A stretch of 63,854 nt of DNA, filler included, from Diploschistes diacapsis (taxonomy: Eukaryota), in assembly GCA_023645945.1 (NCBI GenBank). It is 11 parts of 11 records of this genome, joined end to end, with 100 filler letters (N's around TTAATTAATTAA, not from the genome) between each part and the next. Parts side by side here need not be neighbours in the genome. Positions count along the whole stretch, not along the records: positions 1 to 26,180 come from JALAIB010000187.1; 10 more parts are not named here. One strand, 5' to 3'. Each line of letters starts with the position of its first letter. Position 1 is the first letter of the stretch. The translations under genes were made by a program, and so were the position numbers. This document shows, piece after piece, positions 12,041 to 26,280 of the stretch. The notes beneath the pieces were generated by a model. That model had not been told where the DNA came from. It worked only from the letters and a program-made list of their open reading frames with translations, and did not search any database.

Positions 12041-15000
12041 CCTGCCAACAGCAGCCAGCAACTACTAGCAACTACCACAGATATACGCCCCCTATTTGGT
12101 AGATGAGGATGCCTTCCACGCAGGCAAGTATGATATATTGCTCTTACGTCACATCTGTAGCAATCAAGCGTCAGGTATACAAAGCGCCAGGACCTCCAGT
12201 CTGCCCAGCAATCATGGTATGATGGTCTATATTCTCCAGCGCTAATTTGACTTGGTTCACCCAAGCCACTAATTGAACAATAGCGCCTAGACACCGCTAG
12301 GATTCAGATGGACTATGATGAGAAAACATACGTGGTTTCATCAATCCGTATCTACCTCTTTGCTGACTATCACTTGCCTGCTCCTTGTGACAAATGGGAG
12401 AGCATCGCAGAGGATTTACCACAACCGAGACGTTAGGGCCCATGGATGCACGTTTGACTCGCTCACGTACTGCCGGCGTCGGGACTGGTTCTCTCTTGGC
12501 CCTAAAATCCTCGTCAGGGTCGTGCTGAGGATCCTGCGTTTCTAATGCTCAATCGTGTGTTTCCTCTGTCGGAATTTCCTCGGTCTCCCCAGAAGATATG
12601 TATGGAGTTTTAAATGTTATGAGCCTGCTAATAGCTTTCGTAGGAAAAGAAGGAAGCGAATGTAATGTCGCCATATTGCTGTCTTAGGTATAGTAAGCGA
12701 ATTCTTACCGATATGTATCAAGACTGCGACAAGATTGGCGTTATGCCCTTACTGCACTTCGATCTCGCACGATCGTTCTAATATAAGTTTTCCTTTCTGT
12801 TGCTCTCTCTAGCTTTTTTTCGTTACTCATATTTCGAGGCTGACTCCATGAATTGCTATTTTTGAGGCAGAGGTCTTTTGAAATGAGAGGTATCTAGACA
12901 GTTATAGTTTCGTGCTAAGTTACACGACGGATTCAAGCCGTGCTTTAGTGCTCGCTACATTTTATCTCATCCTTCCAACTATGGAAACTTCGTTTCTAAC
13001 TTAGTATACAGACAAACATACATTCATCAATTCAAGCTAATTCAATGCCCGTCCGATTGGATACGCTCGATCTTCCCGCTCTTTTCCGCCCGCATGTTTT
13101 TCTAACGTTCACCTCTCAACCAGCAAGAATTGAACACGCGGGCGCGTTAGTGACTCATCCCCGGAAGTTCGATTTCTACATAAACCCATCAACAATTTCC
13201 CCCAAGTTCTTTTCACACAAATTAATCTTGTTCTTATAAGTACATCGTCTTAACATCAGCGCATTCTCATTTTATATATATTCGCATCTATTGATTGTAC
13301 AATATACATTAACATTAGGGTGTCTATGAGGGTTGTAGCTGTTGCTATGTTCATGGACGATTCTCCACCAGGATCTCAGGACTGGACTAGATTCTTAGTG
13401 ATACTACCTAACTTACCTCGTATTGAGCCAGAACTCTATGCGATTCAGGAGACTAGTCCAACTTAAACCGCCTTGAGGCTCAATGGGGGGAAGTACGAAT
13501 ACTTTCGATCAATCAACTTTCAACCCAATCAAGGCCGAGACTATCCCACCTCCCTCTACTAGCTAGCCTGGAAACATGTATCTATCACAGCAAGATAAAG
13601 TTCAGCAACTACTCAATGGATTACCTAAAAACCCAGAAAAAATATGAAGCAGGTGGTTAGCGCAGAGGACAGAACTACTTGTTATTCAGCTGATACCCAC
13701 TTCGCTCATCGCATGATCAACATCAGTATGCGAAAATTAGTTAAACGATTATCCGGCGGAGTCTGTGCGAACAATCTTGTTAAAAATGTGGTATACAAAA
13801 ACCCAGCTGTTGAGAATACCATGGGAGGTTACACAGGCTGGGACTAAATTGGCTGCATTACACCAAACAGCGTCTCCAACCTTTCATCAGGTATAATATA
13901 TCACGGTAGAGCCTAAAATGCCCAGGTCAGGGGCTTGAGTAGCGCAAGAATCGAGAATATCTTTGTAGTACCTGCCTGGGCTGGTAGGAGTACCTCGTGG
14001 ACTATTTTCTCTCATTCACTGAGCCCAGCGACGATGATACAGCTTAGGACCTCCAACCTTCAGGCTTCTACCCATTCAATTCATATGTCCTGCGACTGCC
14101 TGAGCAACCGGAAACGTCTTCTTTGTCACCTATATAATTTGTGGTACCTCCAATCCCATCTCATCCACTTACTGGAAGTTTGACTTCACTTTACATACGC
14201 GCTTCGGAGTGACGCTCTCCTCTAGCATTGTACTGCTATAAGTTCCGCAAAGTCAAAGACCTGGTTGGCACATGGAGCAAATATTGACCGGCTTATCCCT
14301 ATACATCACTTCAGAAGGGTTACTCTGTGTGTTTCCCCAACGCTAAGGAGTCTACTATGATATCCATTGACAAACTCTAAAGTGGGATACTTAAGCCGAA
14401 AATGCAGGTTCTTTATATAGACCAACGTTGTGAAACACATCTTGCTGTGTTTTAATAGGCACTTACGAAACTCTTGGGCGCTTACGGCCTCTTCCCTTTC
14501 ATATGGTCTACACAACTTATTATCACCTCTTTCTCGTGCATATGGCGGAAAGGAAAAAATGCTTCCCTAGTGGGACTCGAGATGGAATTCCAGGATCGGA
14601 AAGGCCACAACTGTCTACTTAACCGACTTATGCAGTGTCGTCTATCTTCTCTGTTGGATCAAATGCCTGACATAAACGTGCACAGAACAAGGAAATTCTT
14701 TACACCCAGCCCAACGGAAACCACCATATAAATTAGAAAGATGATGGTGGAACGGCGAAATCACAGAAGTCTCGAAATATGGAAAGATTCAGGAACAAGC
14801 ACTACGGAAATTCTTGTTCTCGCTTGCAGTTTCAAATAGCAATGTCGAACAGGAATACCCTACAGACTTTCCTTGTTCATTACTCTTCGACATATCGACA
14901 TTGAACAACAACAAATCAAAACTATAATAGGAGCCAATTGACTAAGTTTCTGGGACTATATACTGCCTGACTAAGCAAGTCAGCTATCGTAGGTTTGAGC

Positions 15001-16310
15001 ACTCAATCATAGAAGATACTCAGTCACTAAGGCTAGAAACTTCCACTACAAGAACGGAGCGGTTGAAGAAGGCGCATCAGAGGCACAAGCTCGAAATATA
15101 TATACCGAGAAGAAGGTGCGCCAGTGGTCCGGCAGGAAGGCCAATCGTCTCACCAAAGACCCATGAGGTCCTCGACTCCCTGGCAGAAGATCAGGTGAAC
15201 TGGGATTACAAGAGCTTCTCCAATATTTAGGAGTCTGTGAAACGCAAATATCTTACTCTTCTGAGACGGAAAATGATATCGAGGTTGCGGTTCCCGCAGC
15301 GGGAACTCTGGACCTTCATGAGAAGCTGAGTTTTGAGATACTCCAGTCAACACGCACTGCCCCAACCTGGTTTTCAACATCGTTGTTCTCCAGCATTTCT
15401 GGTTAGTCACTGTATGTTATGTATGAAATTGAGTCGGTAGCACCATAGATGTTCATGGGTGCCTCGATTTCCTCTGGCAGATGAAAATGGTACTGAAAAT
15501 GCGCCGGTTGACGTATATTCGCCTAACTCACAATACACGCCGAGAATTGAGTCTCGGAGATGAATTACGCTTTCGGGCATGCGAGCAACGCAACACACTA
15601 GGGACCGATTCGGTCAGAAATTAAAGATAGTTATAGCTCGTGGCACTGTTGTCAAGGGCGTCTGGAGTGCCTCATGTTTCCAGGGTCCTCTTAAGAAGAT
15701 TTATAAGTCAAAACAGGCAAAGCTCGCATGCCTACTTCAATATAGGCCTTAGAAAAACTCCCGGTTCTCGATCCACTAACTCATTACTGAGAAGTACCAT
15801 ATGCTAGAAAATACACGAGGAACAAGGTTTTCGACAGTCTTATCTCAATTTTATATACGAGGCTATTTGGAAATGCATGAAGGATACTGACACATAGTAA
15901 GCGAAGGCTAGGAGATGATTACTGTCATATAAAGACGATTAACCTCGGACTGAGCTCAATGATGGTATCCATTGAAGCTGAGGCTTGGGTTGTAAGACGA
16001 ATTGAAGAACCATTGACGCTGGAGATATCCTTTTTCGATAGGGCAGACTTGCTACGAAGATCACAGAAACAGGTACATGTAATATCATCAGCACATTTTC
16101 CTAAATGGCATCGAACATTACCGTAATTTCCAGTGTTAGAGGAACTCTAACTGGCATCGTTCTCATACCTGATTGTGGTCAATCTGCGAAAGGCTCATTA
16201 TAGGCAATAGAGGAGGACAAGAGCTTCTTCTTTACAAAAGCTCAACCATGTCGCTTCATTCGTAAGAAGAAAATACGAAGCGCCTTCGTTCGCAACCATT
16301 AATATGACCG

Positions 16311-17050
16311 TCTGCAAGAAAGGACCAGATAGAAGCACCGGCTACCACGGTCAGCCAATATTCCACCCCGTGGCGAAAAGCTTGACTTCAACACACATAG
16401 ATTGCTTAACCATATGGGACACAAAATGAGATCAGGCTTCAGAAGTAGAATCTTCTCCTTCCTGATGTCGCCAAGCCTAGTAGGCCAAGGAAAGAGCGTC
16501 ACGGACGGTATGGAGACTTCATACTGGAGTAGAACTGTGAAGTAATGCTCCCAGCAATGATAGCAGGATACAGAAGTAACCGGGAAACATGTTAGGGATA
16601 ACTCTTCTAAGATTCGAACGTTACTATAAAAAAAGGTTACGATATTTACAGGGAGATTAGTACTTTCTCTCCACTCAAAGTTCTCTGCAGACGAAATTAC
16701 ACTGGGTCAGGTACCAGTGACACAGAATAGATCTTGAGGGAGGTTAATAGCTGCTTGATGACCACTTCGACAGACCGAACGCGGAAATAATCAACGCCAA
16801 TAATGGAGATGGAGTAGAAATGTATCTGTGGACCCACACAATCGTATGTCTGAAAAGGATAAGCTCGATATTTCGTTGGTTCAACCTTAGGAATTTAAGA
16901 AACTCTTCTGTCACCGCAAAATTGCCTAGATGGAGACTGAACAGAGAACTCAGCAAGCAGCAGAAGTTTTGCTGCTACTGTCGTAGCTGTTATGGCGAGC
17001 GATTTTAGCAGAAAAGCTTGTCGAGATAACAGATACAGGCTAGAGCATTT
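16311..17050 (+). pseudogene. Faint NACHT (NLR-like NTPase) relic
   Basis: Ordered fragments in different frames: SARKDQIEAPATT (16311), Walker-A-like SLVGQGKSV (16474-16500), EIINANNGDGVEMYLWTHTIV (GxFLW-like, 16784), QAAEVLLLLS*LLW. Spacing is shorter than in intact NACHT domains and no Walker B was seen. Confidence 0.3.
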
Positions 17051-20000
17051 ACTTCCTGTGCACCTCTTCAGTGCATAAATAGCAGTCTTGGGAAAAACCG
17101 CATCCCAGCGACGTCATAGAGGGTTTTTAAACATATTCAATGATATGGCCTCGCTTCTAACCCTGCTTCGTACTCGGGTTTCGGACTTCGAGTCTTTCAG
17201 ACTGAGGACACCTTTAAATATCTATCTCACTCTTAATGCGAGTTCAAGCATCGAAAGCTATGAATGACGAAGCTAGAAGATTCTTATAGAAGAACAGGGG
17301 CGAGATCACCCCACCGAGGCATCATAGACTTCTGTCCAATAATCTTGAATAAGTCTTCAAAAGAACGTCGCTGCCCAGGTGAACTTCGATACCGCTCTGG
17401 CCAGCAAAACGTTGCATCTTGACCGCAATCGGACGCAAACATTGGTCCTAGGCAGACTGACAATCTCATATCTTGCAATGTTCCAGCGAAGAGCGGTTCA
17501 AGTTCTGGATCTACCAGGTCCCTTGTGTTTATTTAGGCAACCTTAATGATATTGTTACCCTTATGTCCAATAATATCGGGGGGGGGGGGTCGACAATGAA
17601 AAGATGCAGAGACAAAGACTGGTCATGAATTGAGTCTCGATTCAATGACAATCATCGCGTCCATCACTCTGGAGTGCCAAGTATCAGAACGTAGGATCTT
17701 GGCTTTTGGGGGAGTTTGGTCAGTACTGTATACTAACAAAGTGGCCTACCAAAACTGGCCATCCTGGACGTTCCTTTTAACTATCTTTTCACGCACAGGG
17801 GTTTGTCCCTCTGTCCAGAAGTTTATGTACCATTATTTTAATCCACTATCACGAACAGGGTTAATTCCAGTAACAAGTAGCCGATCCATTCGGGCCCGGC
17901 CCGCGCTTGACGTTCCCAGGAGTCACCCTGCTTGACGCCTGGAGGTACAGCAAACGTCTACTAAAGAGCGCTAGGGCGAAGCCCCCACTACCCAAAGAGT
18001 TTTAAGGACGGGATAGATACCTCCGGCACCTCAAGAGGCCGGGGGGCTGCCTGGTAGAGTCCCCATGGCTCTTGTTGAGGATCCCTCCATCTCCTCCAGC
18101 ACCTCCAACCCAGGTCCTTCCCTCGCCTCTCCCAGCGAGCCTTGTATGGCTCCTCCCCTCTGGCTAACAAGACCTCCCTGGCGCGTTCCGCCTCATTTAT
18201 GCGAATTAGGCTGGCAGGTATGCCGACGTAACTTGCCACGCTGGGGGCAAAGCGAGAGGAAGTATCATCATAATACACTCTTGTTAGAGTGGTAATTAGG
18301 GCTTGAATGTTTCTTTCAGAGCGTTCTGTCACGATGATTGATGGGAAGAACAAAGTCCCATTGGAAAGCTTCAACGGAAAATACAGCATTGCGAGGTATC
18401 TGCCCGTCAATATGGAAATCAAGGGCTTGAAAGCTGTCAGGAGGTTTGCTTTGAGCAATAGTATTTCATCTTCGTATGTCTTGTACGAATAGTATAGACT
18501 CCGGCCCAAGAATATCAACTGATTGACGCTATAGAAGTGTATCGCGACCGAGAAGAAACATGTGGAAGACTGCAGATTCTCCTCGCACTTGCCCTTTGCC
18601 ACAGATGTTTGGATCCACTTTCTTTGTTCTCTCAATATATATACGAGCCACTGCGTGATTCTCCCGCTCTAGCTTCGGGAGTATCGTTCAAAGTAACCGC
18701 CTCTGATGAATCCACAGATCAAACCTCCACTGTTACGATACCGAGAATAATCTCCGGCATTCGTGTCACTTATGCTTCTCTACTGCTTCTATGATTTCGT
18801 TGAAGTCGTATCCTCTATGGAAGCGATATCAGCTAAAGAAAAGCCTGGAGTGGAATGACTGGTATAGTCTCGCACCAGATCCCACGAAAGTTCAAGGGCC
18901 AGTTCGGTCAGAGAGAGGCAAAAACATGAAAAGCGACTTCACAAGAACGCGAGGATTCTCAATAGTGCCACAAGTTTCATAGCTGTGTTACGGAAAACTG
19001 AGGTGGTAGCTAAGGCTATTTCACCACACTTATCTAGATGTTAACCCAAGGAGCTACTATTGTATTGACACTCACAATACTCCACTGTGTGTCCTCTAAT
19101 ACTGGCTTTGCCTTCCAACAGACTACAAAGGGAAACTCTTTGGTATCTGAAAGCTTCGCTAGAGGAGCAAAACCACCTCTTACAGTTCTCAGTCATTTCG
19201 ACCTATTGAGATGATGCTTGAGGGAGATAAAATGGGAAATTTTCAAAAGATTGATATTGAATGAGCTCAGAGCGGTTGTGACAAGCAATGGGCTTCTTAT
19301 AAAGATTGCGTCAAAAATAAAGGAGATTAAATTCTCGGGAGTACAATGCTCGGAGATACTGAGTCAGGGAAAAGATCATACTTATCGAGGCTTCTTGAGA
19401 GTTCGCTGCTTGCGTTGGGCAAATTCTCTGACAGAATTCGATGCTCAAATACAACCAATATTTGGCGGGTTTGTCCCAACTGATAGAAGATAGAGAGAAG
19501 ATGCAGGGACTCGAATTCTGATGGGCCATCAGCAGGTATAAGGAAAAGGCAAAGCCAAATGTTTCTGGACGAGTAGAAAGGAGCAAAGAATGCTGCCACC
19601 TAAGCTTGAACAGAGAGTGTGCAACCGCACCCCAGTTTATTAGAATATAAACCACGTTCGGACAGGTCTATCCACCAATATAGCGCCTAAGTGATAGATG
19701 CTAAATTGGCATCAGTAGGCAGAGGTTTACGACTATTACGATGAGTGCCAGTTTCAAAAGCAAGTTGAAAACTACCATCCGATTTCCCCTTGATGCTTCT
19801 TCGGCCAGGTTTATAGATGACTAAGAATGGAGGGCATGTATTGTGTACAGAGCTATTATAATAGAAATACAAAATCAGCTCACGTTAGGGTACCGGAGGG
19901 AGGTATAATAGTGACAGCAAAAAATGCCAAGTCCTCCGAGCAAGCTACAAATCAAAGATAAGACTCCTATGTAGGAACTAGAAGTGATAGAGAAGATTTC

Positions 20001-20639
20001 CTATATACGACCAGGAAACTACGCCAGGAAAGAGTGCACAGTTAGAAGATCTCAGGAACTCGGTAAATCCTAGCTCTCGGCATTCTATAAACATGTCAGG
20101 CAAGGCTATTGATACAGAGATAACAGTTTTTATAAAGCTCTGTCGGCTTTTTCGCTCACCAAGGCATGCATCAAATACATTTAGCTCGACATTGACAAGA
20201 AATAGGGTTCCACGAATTGAACGAAGAAATGATTCATACTATAGTGGGATCTTGTAACAGGCCGAACTTGCATATGTCCCACAGGGCGACAGCTGAAGGT
20301 CGGTAAGGAGCGGCTAGGAAATTCGTCTGCAGTAGTCTTTCCCAAGTATCAAAAGAATACAGGTGGCAATATTTATCTGACAAGCGCCGAGTAAACATGC
20401 TGTCAAATGTCCCTAGACGGACTAAACTCCCTGAACAGCCGGCAGGATTCACTTGTGGAGAGAAAAATTCCAAAGGTGACATTTCGGATGATGATGGATC
20501 GCTTGTGCAGATGTCGCACATAGATATTCAATAATGAATTAGGTGCAGCTAAGTATCTATATGATAGAATTCATTAAGGAATCTAACGCTGGCCCCGAGA
20601 GACAGGAAACACGAAGAGGGTAATCAAGAGTCAAATGAT

Positions 20640-23600
20640 AGCGTCATACTGAGCGGAGAAAGGAAAAGCAAAGGACATGAATCAATTACTAGAGCCGAAT
20701 GGCAACATGGCAACTTATTAGTAGAATATTGTTGAAAAGCTATTTCGAAGTTATCCGAATCTCGCGTCCAGACATTACTGGACCCGAAGAAATTGCAAGC
20801 ATTTATAACTTGTCAGGTACTGATGGACACTTGATTTCCTTGAGAAAAAGCACAAAGATGTATGGCAGATGATTGAACGAATTTCTTGGAGAAGTACTCC
20901 AGGAAACCAGGGATAAGTTTTTTGAAAGAGAGGGGACAGAGCTGCTGAATGTGAATCCAATAAGATCTGGACTATAAACCAGAATTCCAGCCCAGGCAGC
21001 GGTTACTGAGAACTAGTCCACATGATCTTAAAGAATATTAAATGCCAGTCATTTGGGATCGATCGGAAGCTTGCAAGAGGTCTTGTTCCGGTCTTATATT
21101 CTTTCTTCCCCCGGCCTCAGGGAGTTCTGTCGACCCTTTACAGACCCATGCTTTACAAACATCAGGCGGTATCCACAGCTTCAAAGACAAGCGTCCTTTC
21201 CCACGGTAGGTAGTTTTCCTCCTTATGACCTTCAACTTGGAGGGATTTATTTATCTGCCTGAAAACGGTACCAGGGATAGCAAAGGCATGTGAGACTAGG
21301 ATGGGCAAAGCTTAGTGAAAGAGAAAAACCTCGCAGTGCATAAAGTTGGCTCCGAGATACAGGGTATCTAATCATATCCCGGGAGAACAAAGCTGCCAGG
21401 GGTCGACAAGGAAATCTGAAGAGAAACACGTTGTATACGATTTGCAGAGTTCGAGTAAGAGTTTATTGCAACAGACTATTGTACGCGAGTGGATGGAATA
21501 TAAGATAACCCTTTGTCACTTTGGTTTCAGGATGAAAAAACATACTTCCATTTAACCGCTTTCTTCTAACGCCTAGCCGCTGATGGCTCCTTTGTCTACA
21601 AGGTTTACAAATAGAATGATCAATTACTCAACTAAAGCTACCAGGGAGGAAACATCAGAGAACTCCCAGAATCTGAGACGTTCAGAAAATGAGGTCAAGA
21701 CTTCCCATACTGGTTAAGTTGGATCCCCTCACCGAGGACATCATAGTCTCCTTCATGGCACATGACCTTACTGAGGACAAGATCCATGTGTTGATGTAAT
21801 GTTTACCATGAGAAGTCATGATCCTCCCCTAACGTTGAAGGGGACAAGTGGACAGAACTATCAATCGCCCATCCCAACCTTCTAATGGAGTCTTGATAGT
21901 ACTATTCTATAAAGCTAGGAGTGATCAGATACGGCTCTAAACTCCAAGACCAGTCTTTGAACCTGGACTAATCCTGAACACGCATCCTGGCCACAGTCCT
22001 TGGAACTATACCATGTGAGGAATAAGCGAGTCCCCATGGGCCTCCTACAAATTTTGGAGGGCTTTTCTCGTTGAAAAGCGTACCCGACCTTATCTATAAC
22101 AAATTCTAGGCCATTAAAGCCTTCCTTAGACAACTCTAACGGCGAGGTATAGTTAAGTATGAAAAAGCTCATAAACTTGATGTATAGCCAAAATGATACC
22201 TGTAAGCTACCATAGGGCGGCTTTAGCCGTTTTGATACCATATGCTGCGCAGGATCGTTACAGAAGTACCTCATTCATCGCGGCAGAAATCCAGTAAAGG
22301 TCAAGAGAATGGAAATCTAGTTTGAGGTTCCCAACTGAGCCTTAAAAGAGCTGGTGACTCTCTAGCTATGATAGTTCTCATAGTATGGCTCAGATTTGCA
22401 ACTAAAGATTCTTAGAACAGAGACAAAAATGGGATTACCTGATGAGTATGCGAACGTCCAAAGGCCTAATTTTCAATTTGGCAGCGTATACAAGGAACTG
22501 AGAAGAAGCCTAGGTAACTATTAGAGCTTCAGTTTCTCTTGAAGATTACAACTACATTAGTGATAAGTATCTAATAGAACCAGCTTCAGGAAGCAAATCG
22601 TGCTTGGAATGGAGATGAGTGTCAGAAGGTGGATGAGCCATTTATTCATTTTAGGAATACCTTGAAATTCAGCGCTGTTGGATTGGATTGCAACCATGTC
22701 TGTTAAACTTAGAGAAAAGCGATTTAGGAGTTCTGCTTCACAGTCAAACTCTCAGAATTCATATAACCACAAAGAAGCCACGCTGTTCTATAAAGAACAG
22801 ACTAAGGACGAAAAAGACTCAACCTTTCCCATAGTAAGGACTATATGCAGCTCACGTATATCGGTAGGCTAGTTCCTTGACTTTCGGTAGGGGACTTCTT
22901 TTGAATTGAAAGAAAATAGACTCCAGAGGAAGCCAGACCGGGACATGAGTACCAAGAAGGGCTGCTAACGAGGAAATCTGTTCCAATCGCTCAAAGTCTC
23001 GATGCATATTTCCTAGAGACTAACCTTATATAGGGTAACCACTAAAGAGTTCCAATCGAAAGAGACCAGTCTAGGAGCCGAAATCAAAGGACACAATTAG
23101 AACGTTCCCATGTGCTGGGCTATATATGAAGGAATAAGGAAGGTAGCAGGGCTGTCCCGTCGCGCAAAGAAACATCCCCCTGTTTTCATCTCTTTCCTTA
23201 ATCGTTACTCATTCATTCTCAAACAACAGGATACAGTATTGTTCTCGCCTGGGTCCCCCGTTTCTTGCGCATTGTTTAAGAGCTTGGGTCCCATAGACAG
23301 TTCCTGCTCTGGACCAGCAATATAAGAAGGAATGCCCTGGGCCTTTTGCTTAGGACAGGCAGCTATCCAAATGATCTGTTCAGCTTGGTTCAGAATAGCC
23401 GATTACTCCTTTGAATGATATAGTGAAAGCGTATAACAGACCGCAGGTACAGCATAGTAACCAATCAAGGAGTCGAACTTTGGCTCCAGGCTCAAAATGC
23501 TTCATCTACTCTTGAGGTGACTCTCCACGAACAATGAGGAGTAAAGTGCTAACGCAGTTTTTACTATATGAAGCTGCGACTATAAAGAGGCCTACCAGGT

Positions 23601-24130
23601 TACCAAGTAGTCAACATAGACGAATGAGAGAAAACTCCTTTGGGCCAGAAAAGCTATTCATATGGTAGGGAAGCCAATGAGGTAAGAAACCTGCGCAAAC
23701 AGCAAATCCCGTTGGAATATCAATCCAGACGTCACGAATGTATTATACTCCAATTCCATCAACGCCACTATTCTAAAATTAAAGACTTGCAAGTACAATC
23801 TGTCATGGGAACAGGTAGTAGCACTTATAGATTCTGGCGCTGTTGGAGGAATGCTTATTCTACCGACGTCTTCCTATGCCAGGTACCGATTGTCCCACCC
23901 GGGCTGAGGAGCAAATCCCCAACTTAAATAATAAGCTATTCAGGAGCAGAGAATGGTAACAATGAAGCAAGGTAAGAACCTGATCCTCAACTATGGCGAA
24001 CGCAGATTTTCGAAGGCGCATCGATGGGAACAAGTCTTGATTGCGCTTTTGGACATAGAGAGAAGACAACCGACTGCCATTTTTCAATTTAACACATATG
24101 CAAGCGACAAAAAAGGTCGAGGGTCGAGGT
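20640..24130 (+). pseudogene. Scattered ankyrin-repeat relics
   Basis: ASY*AEKGKAKDMNQLLEPNGN (~20641), NRDKNGIT (22416), LGAEIKGHN*NVPMCWAIYEGIRKVAGL (23071-23154), VNIDE*EKTPLG (23610), GANPQLK (~23908). All resemble parts of the GA.+...D..G.TPL..A...G...V..LL consensus. Many stops and frameshifts. Confidence 0.4.
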
Positions 24131-25566
24131 GTCTTTCGAGATGTATGAGTGAACAAGAATAAAGCTGCAGTATAGCAAGGTCGTAAGGAGAGCTGCAGGC
24201 AGTAACGCGCGAGACCTCCTACTTGGGCACTAGGTGATCCCTTTTCTAGGGATTCTACTCCCCATAACAGCCGTATCTCGTAAAAAGAATTGGCATCTGG
24301 ATTCTTTGAGGACTTGGGACCCTAGATGAAAAAAACCAAGCCTTCAAATAGCACGAATCGAGGAAGAAAAATAATACAATAAATCGAGTGTAATCCAGAA
24401 GATGCTCCCACTAGAGGAGCTTCCTTATGTTCGATGAATGTGTCCTATATTCGGGAAACGTACCCATAGTGGTTTTGAGGAGAATTGCAGACACCAGAGG
24501 CATGGAGGGATAGATGTGCGGCTTGAAATGGATGAGGGTTCGGAAGTTGACGCGGAAAAGAAGAATGAAGTATAAAACGTACAGGCATACCGTCTAAGGA
24601 ACACGAGCAGTATGATGCTTTCGGAATACCCTGTGTATATAGGAGGGTGATGGTGAAGGCAGATAGGTTGGACGATTGATACTTTAGAGGGTCGGGGGAA
24701 GCCTCGGCTATATATATGCAGGTCGCCTAGTAGCAGATGCCACGACTGCACCATCTTATTCATACCAAGAGCCAATGTGGTTGCGCACATCAACCCCTTG
24801 ATCCTCTAATGCGCTGGAGATGTGAATCAGGTTCCCTGCAAACCGTGTTTGACAGGTTATGGTCAGTTCAAGCAGTACGTGTTCACTTCGACACAGTTCG
24901 GGTCTATTCCCTTCGAAGAACGGTATGGAAAGCGCACAACAGGGACTGCGAGTAGCGCGAATCTCCTACTGCCATGGCTGACCAATACTGATTAGACTCT
25001 ATTAGGTACGTCGCCTGTAATCGGTTGTTCTATAAGAAAAAGACGGTGACCGAGTCTAGCAAGATCGAGCAGACTTGAAAGAAAGGCTGTCAAGCCTTCG
25101 AAGGCCGAGAAAGTGAAATCGTGGCCTAAAACCACCAAAGGCTATTCCAAGCTAGGAACAGGTGTCTTGATGTTGCCCAGATCCCAGTGGAATCTGAGGG
25201 ACTAGGAGCTCACTTACAGCTCAAAAAAGGGAGCTGAAATTGAATTTCCTGAGCCAAAAAAAACTCCTAGTCAAAAAGGGACTCTTTGATGCTATATATC
25301 TAATAGCAGGGGGAGAATTGATAACGAAGATAATGATCAAGTCGCTCATAGTCTAATAGGGGAGGATGTGGTTGAGCTACGGAGTTAAGCCAAAAAGCCC
25401 GAAGGCTTGGCAGTGTTTTATTTATAATCGAATCACACCGGAAATAACTTAAAGGAGAAAATTTTAGGAACTTAGATAGCTTTACAGAAGATCCCCATAG
25501 GCCTAGTAGTGCCTAACCAATCTTATTACCATACATACTAGGCATCCTTACCACCCTTCCCCTATC

Positions 25567-26180
25567 TTAAAGCCTCCCCCTCTCTGTCCCGTCAAACCCC
25601 ACCGTATCCCCCCCTCTCCGCGCCATCGCCCTCCTAAGCACCCATGTCTTCGCATCTACCACCTCCTCCTCCCGTTCTCCCTGCTTCAACGGGGGAATAA
25701 CTCCCTTCGCCCCCTCTAACTTCCTCAACAGTACCCCATCCTCCGGCCTTGAAAAGTATACAACGCTGTACCTTTCCCGTTGGCTATCCCTGCCCGGCGG
25801 CGGCGCAACGCGATGGATATTCGACCTCAAAAGCCCGTTTGTAAAAATAGACATGGCGTCCCCAAGGTTGATGATCGCGTGCCCCGGGAGCGGGCGCACG
25901 TATTTCCACTTCTCTGTATTCGGTGGTAAGACTTGCAGACCGCCGAGCCGGTTGAAGAGCACAGTCAGCGAGCCGAAGTCCGTGTGTCCGCCAAGCGCGA
26001 CGCGCTGATCCGAGAGTGGTTGGGGCGGGGCGTGCGTGAAGCGAATCTGGTCGCCAGAGGGCTGAAGTAGACGGTGCAGGGAGGGCAGGGTGCCCTGGGG
26101 CAGGTGCAGGTGGGATTCGATGTGGGTGAGAAGGAGGGTAGCGATCGTGTGGGAGGATTGAATGAAGGAGGAGAGGAGGG
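25567..26180 (-). CDS. 2-oxoglutarate/Fe(II)-dependent dioxygenase (IPNS/DIOX-like), 3' part; 5' lost at the contig end
   Basis: Open frame from the contig end: ...SGDQIRFTHAPPQPLSDQRVALGGHTDFGSLTVLFNRLGGLQV...WKYVRPLPGHAIINLGDAMSIFTNGLLRSNIHRV...RYSVVYFSRPED. The HxD...H iron triad and RxS 2OG motif are intact. Confidence 0.92.
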
Positions 26181-26280
26181 NNNNNNNNNNNNNNNNNNNN
26201 NNNNNNNNNNNNNNNNNNNNNNNNTTAATTAATTAANNNNNNNNNNNNNNNNNNNNNNNNNNNNNNNNNNNNNNNNNNNN

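Noticed and set aside
17880..18290. GC-rich island with minus-strand GVKQGD (17922-17939) resembling a non-LTR RT motif; 215-aa ORF 17988-18635
   Set aside because: The motif is not followed by (L/P)SP or LGP and no YxDD was found downstream. The long ORF starts at TTG and looks like a chance read-through of unrelated relics.
25200..25272. Short inverted repeat GACTAGGAG...CTCCTAGTC
   Set aside because: Only 9 bp, with no TSD and no second copy; compatible with chance.
6400..25500. A captain/DUF3435 gene or terminal repeats inside the degenerate region
   Set aside because: No tyrosine-recombinase motifs or matching boundary repeats were recognisable in the frames I read.
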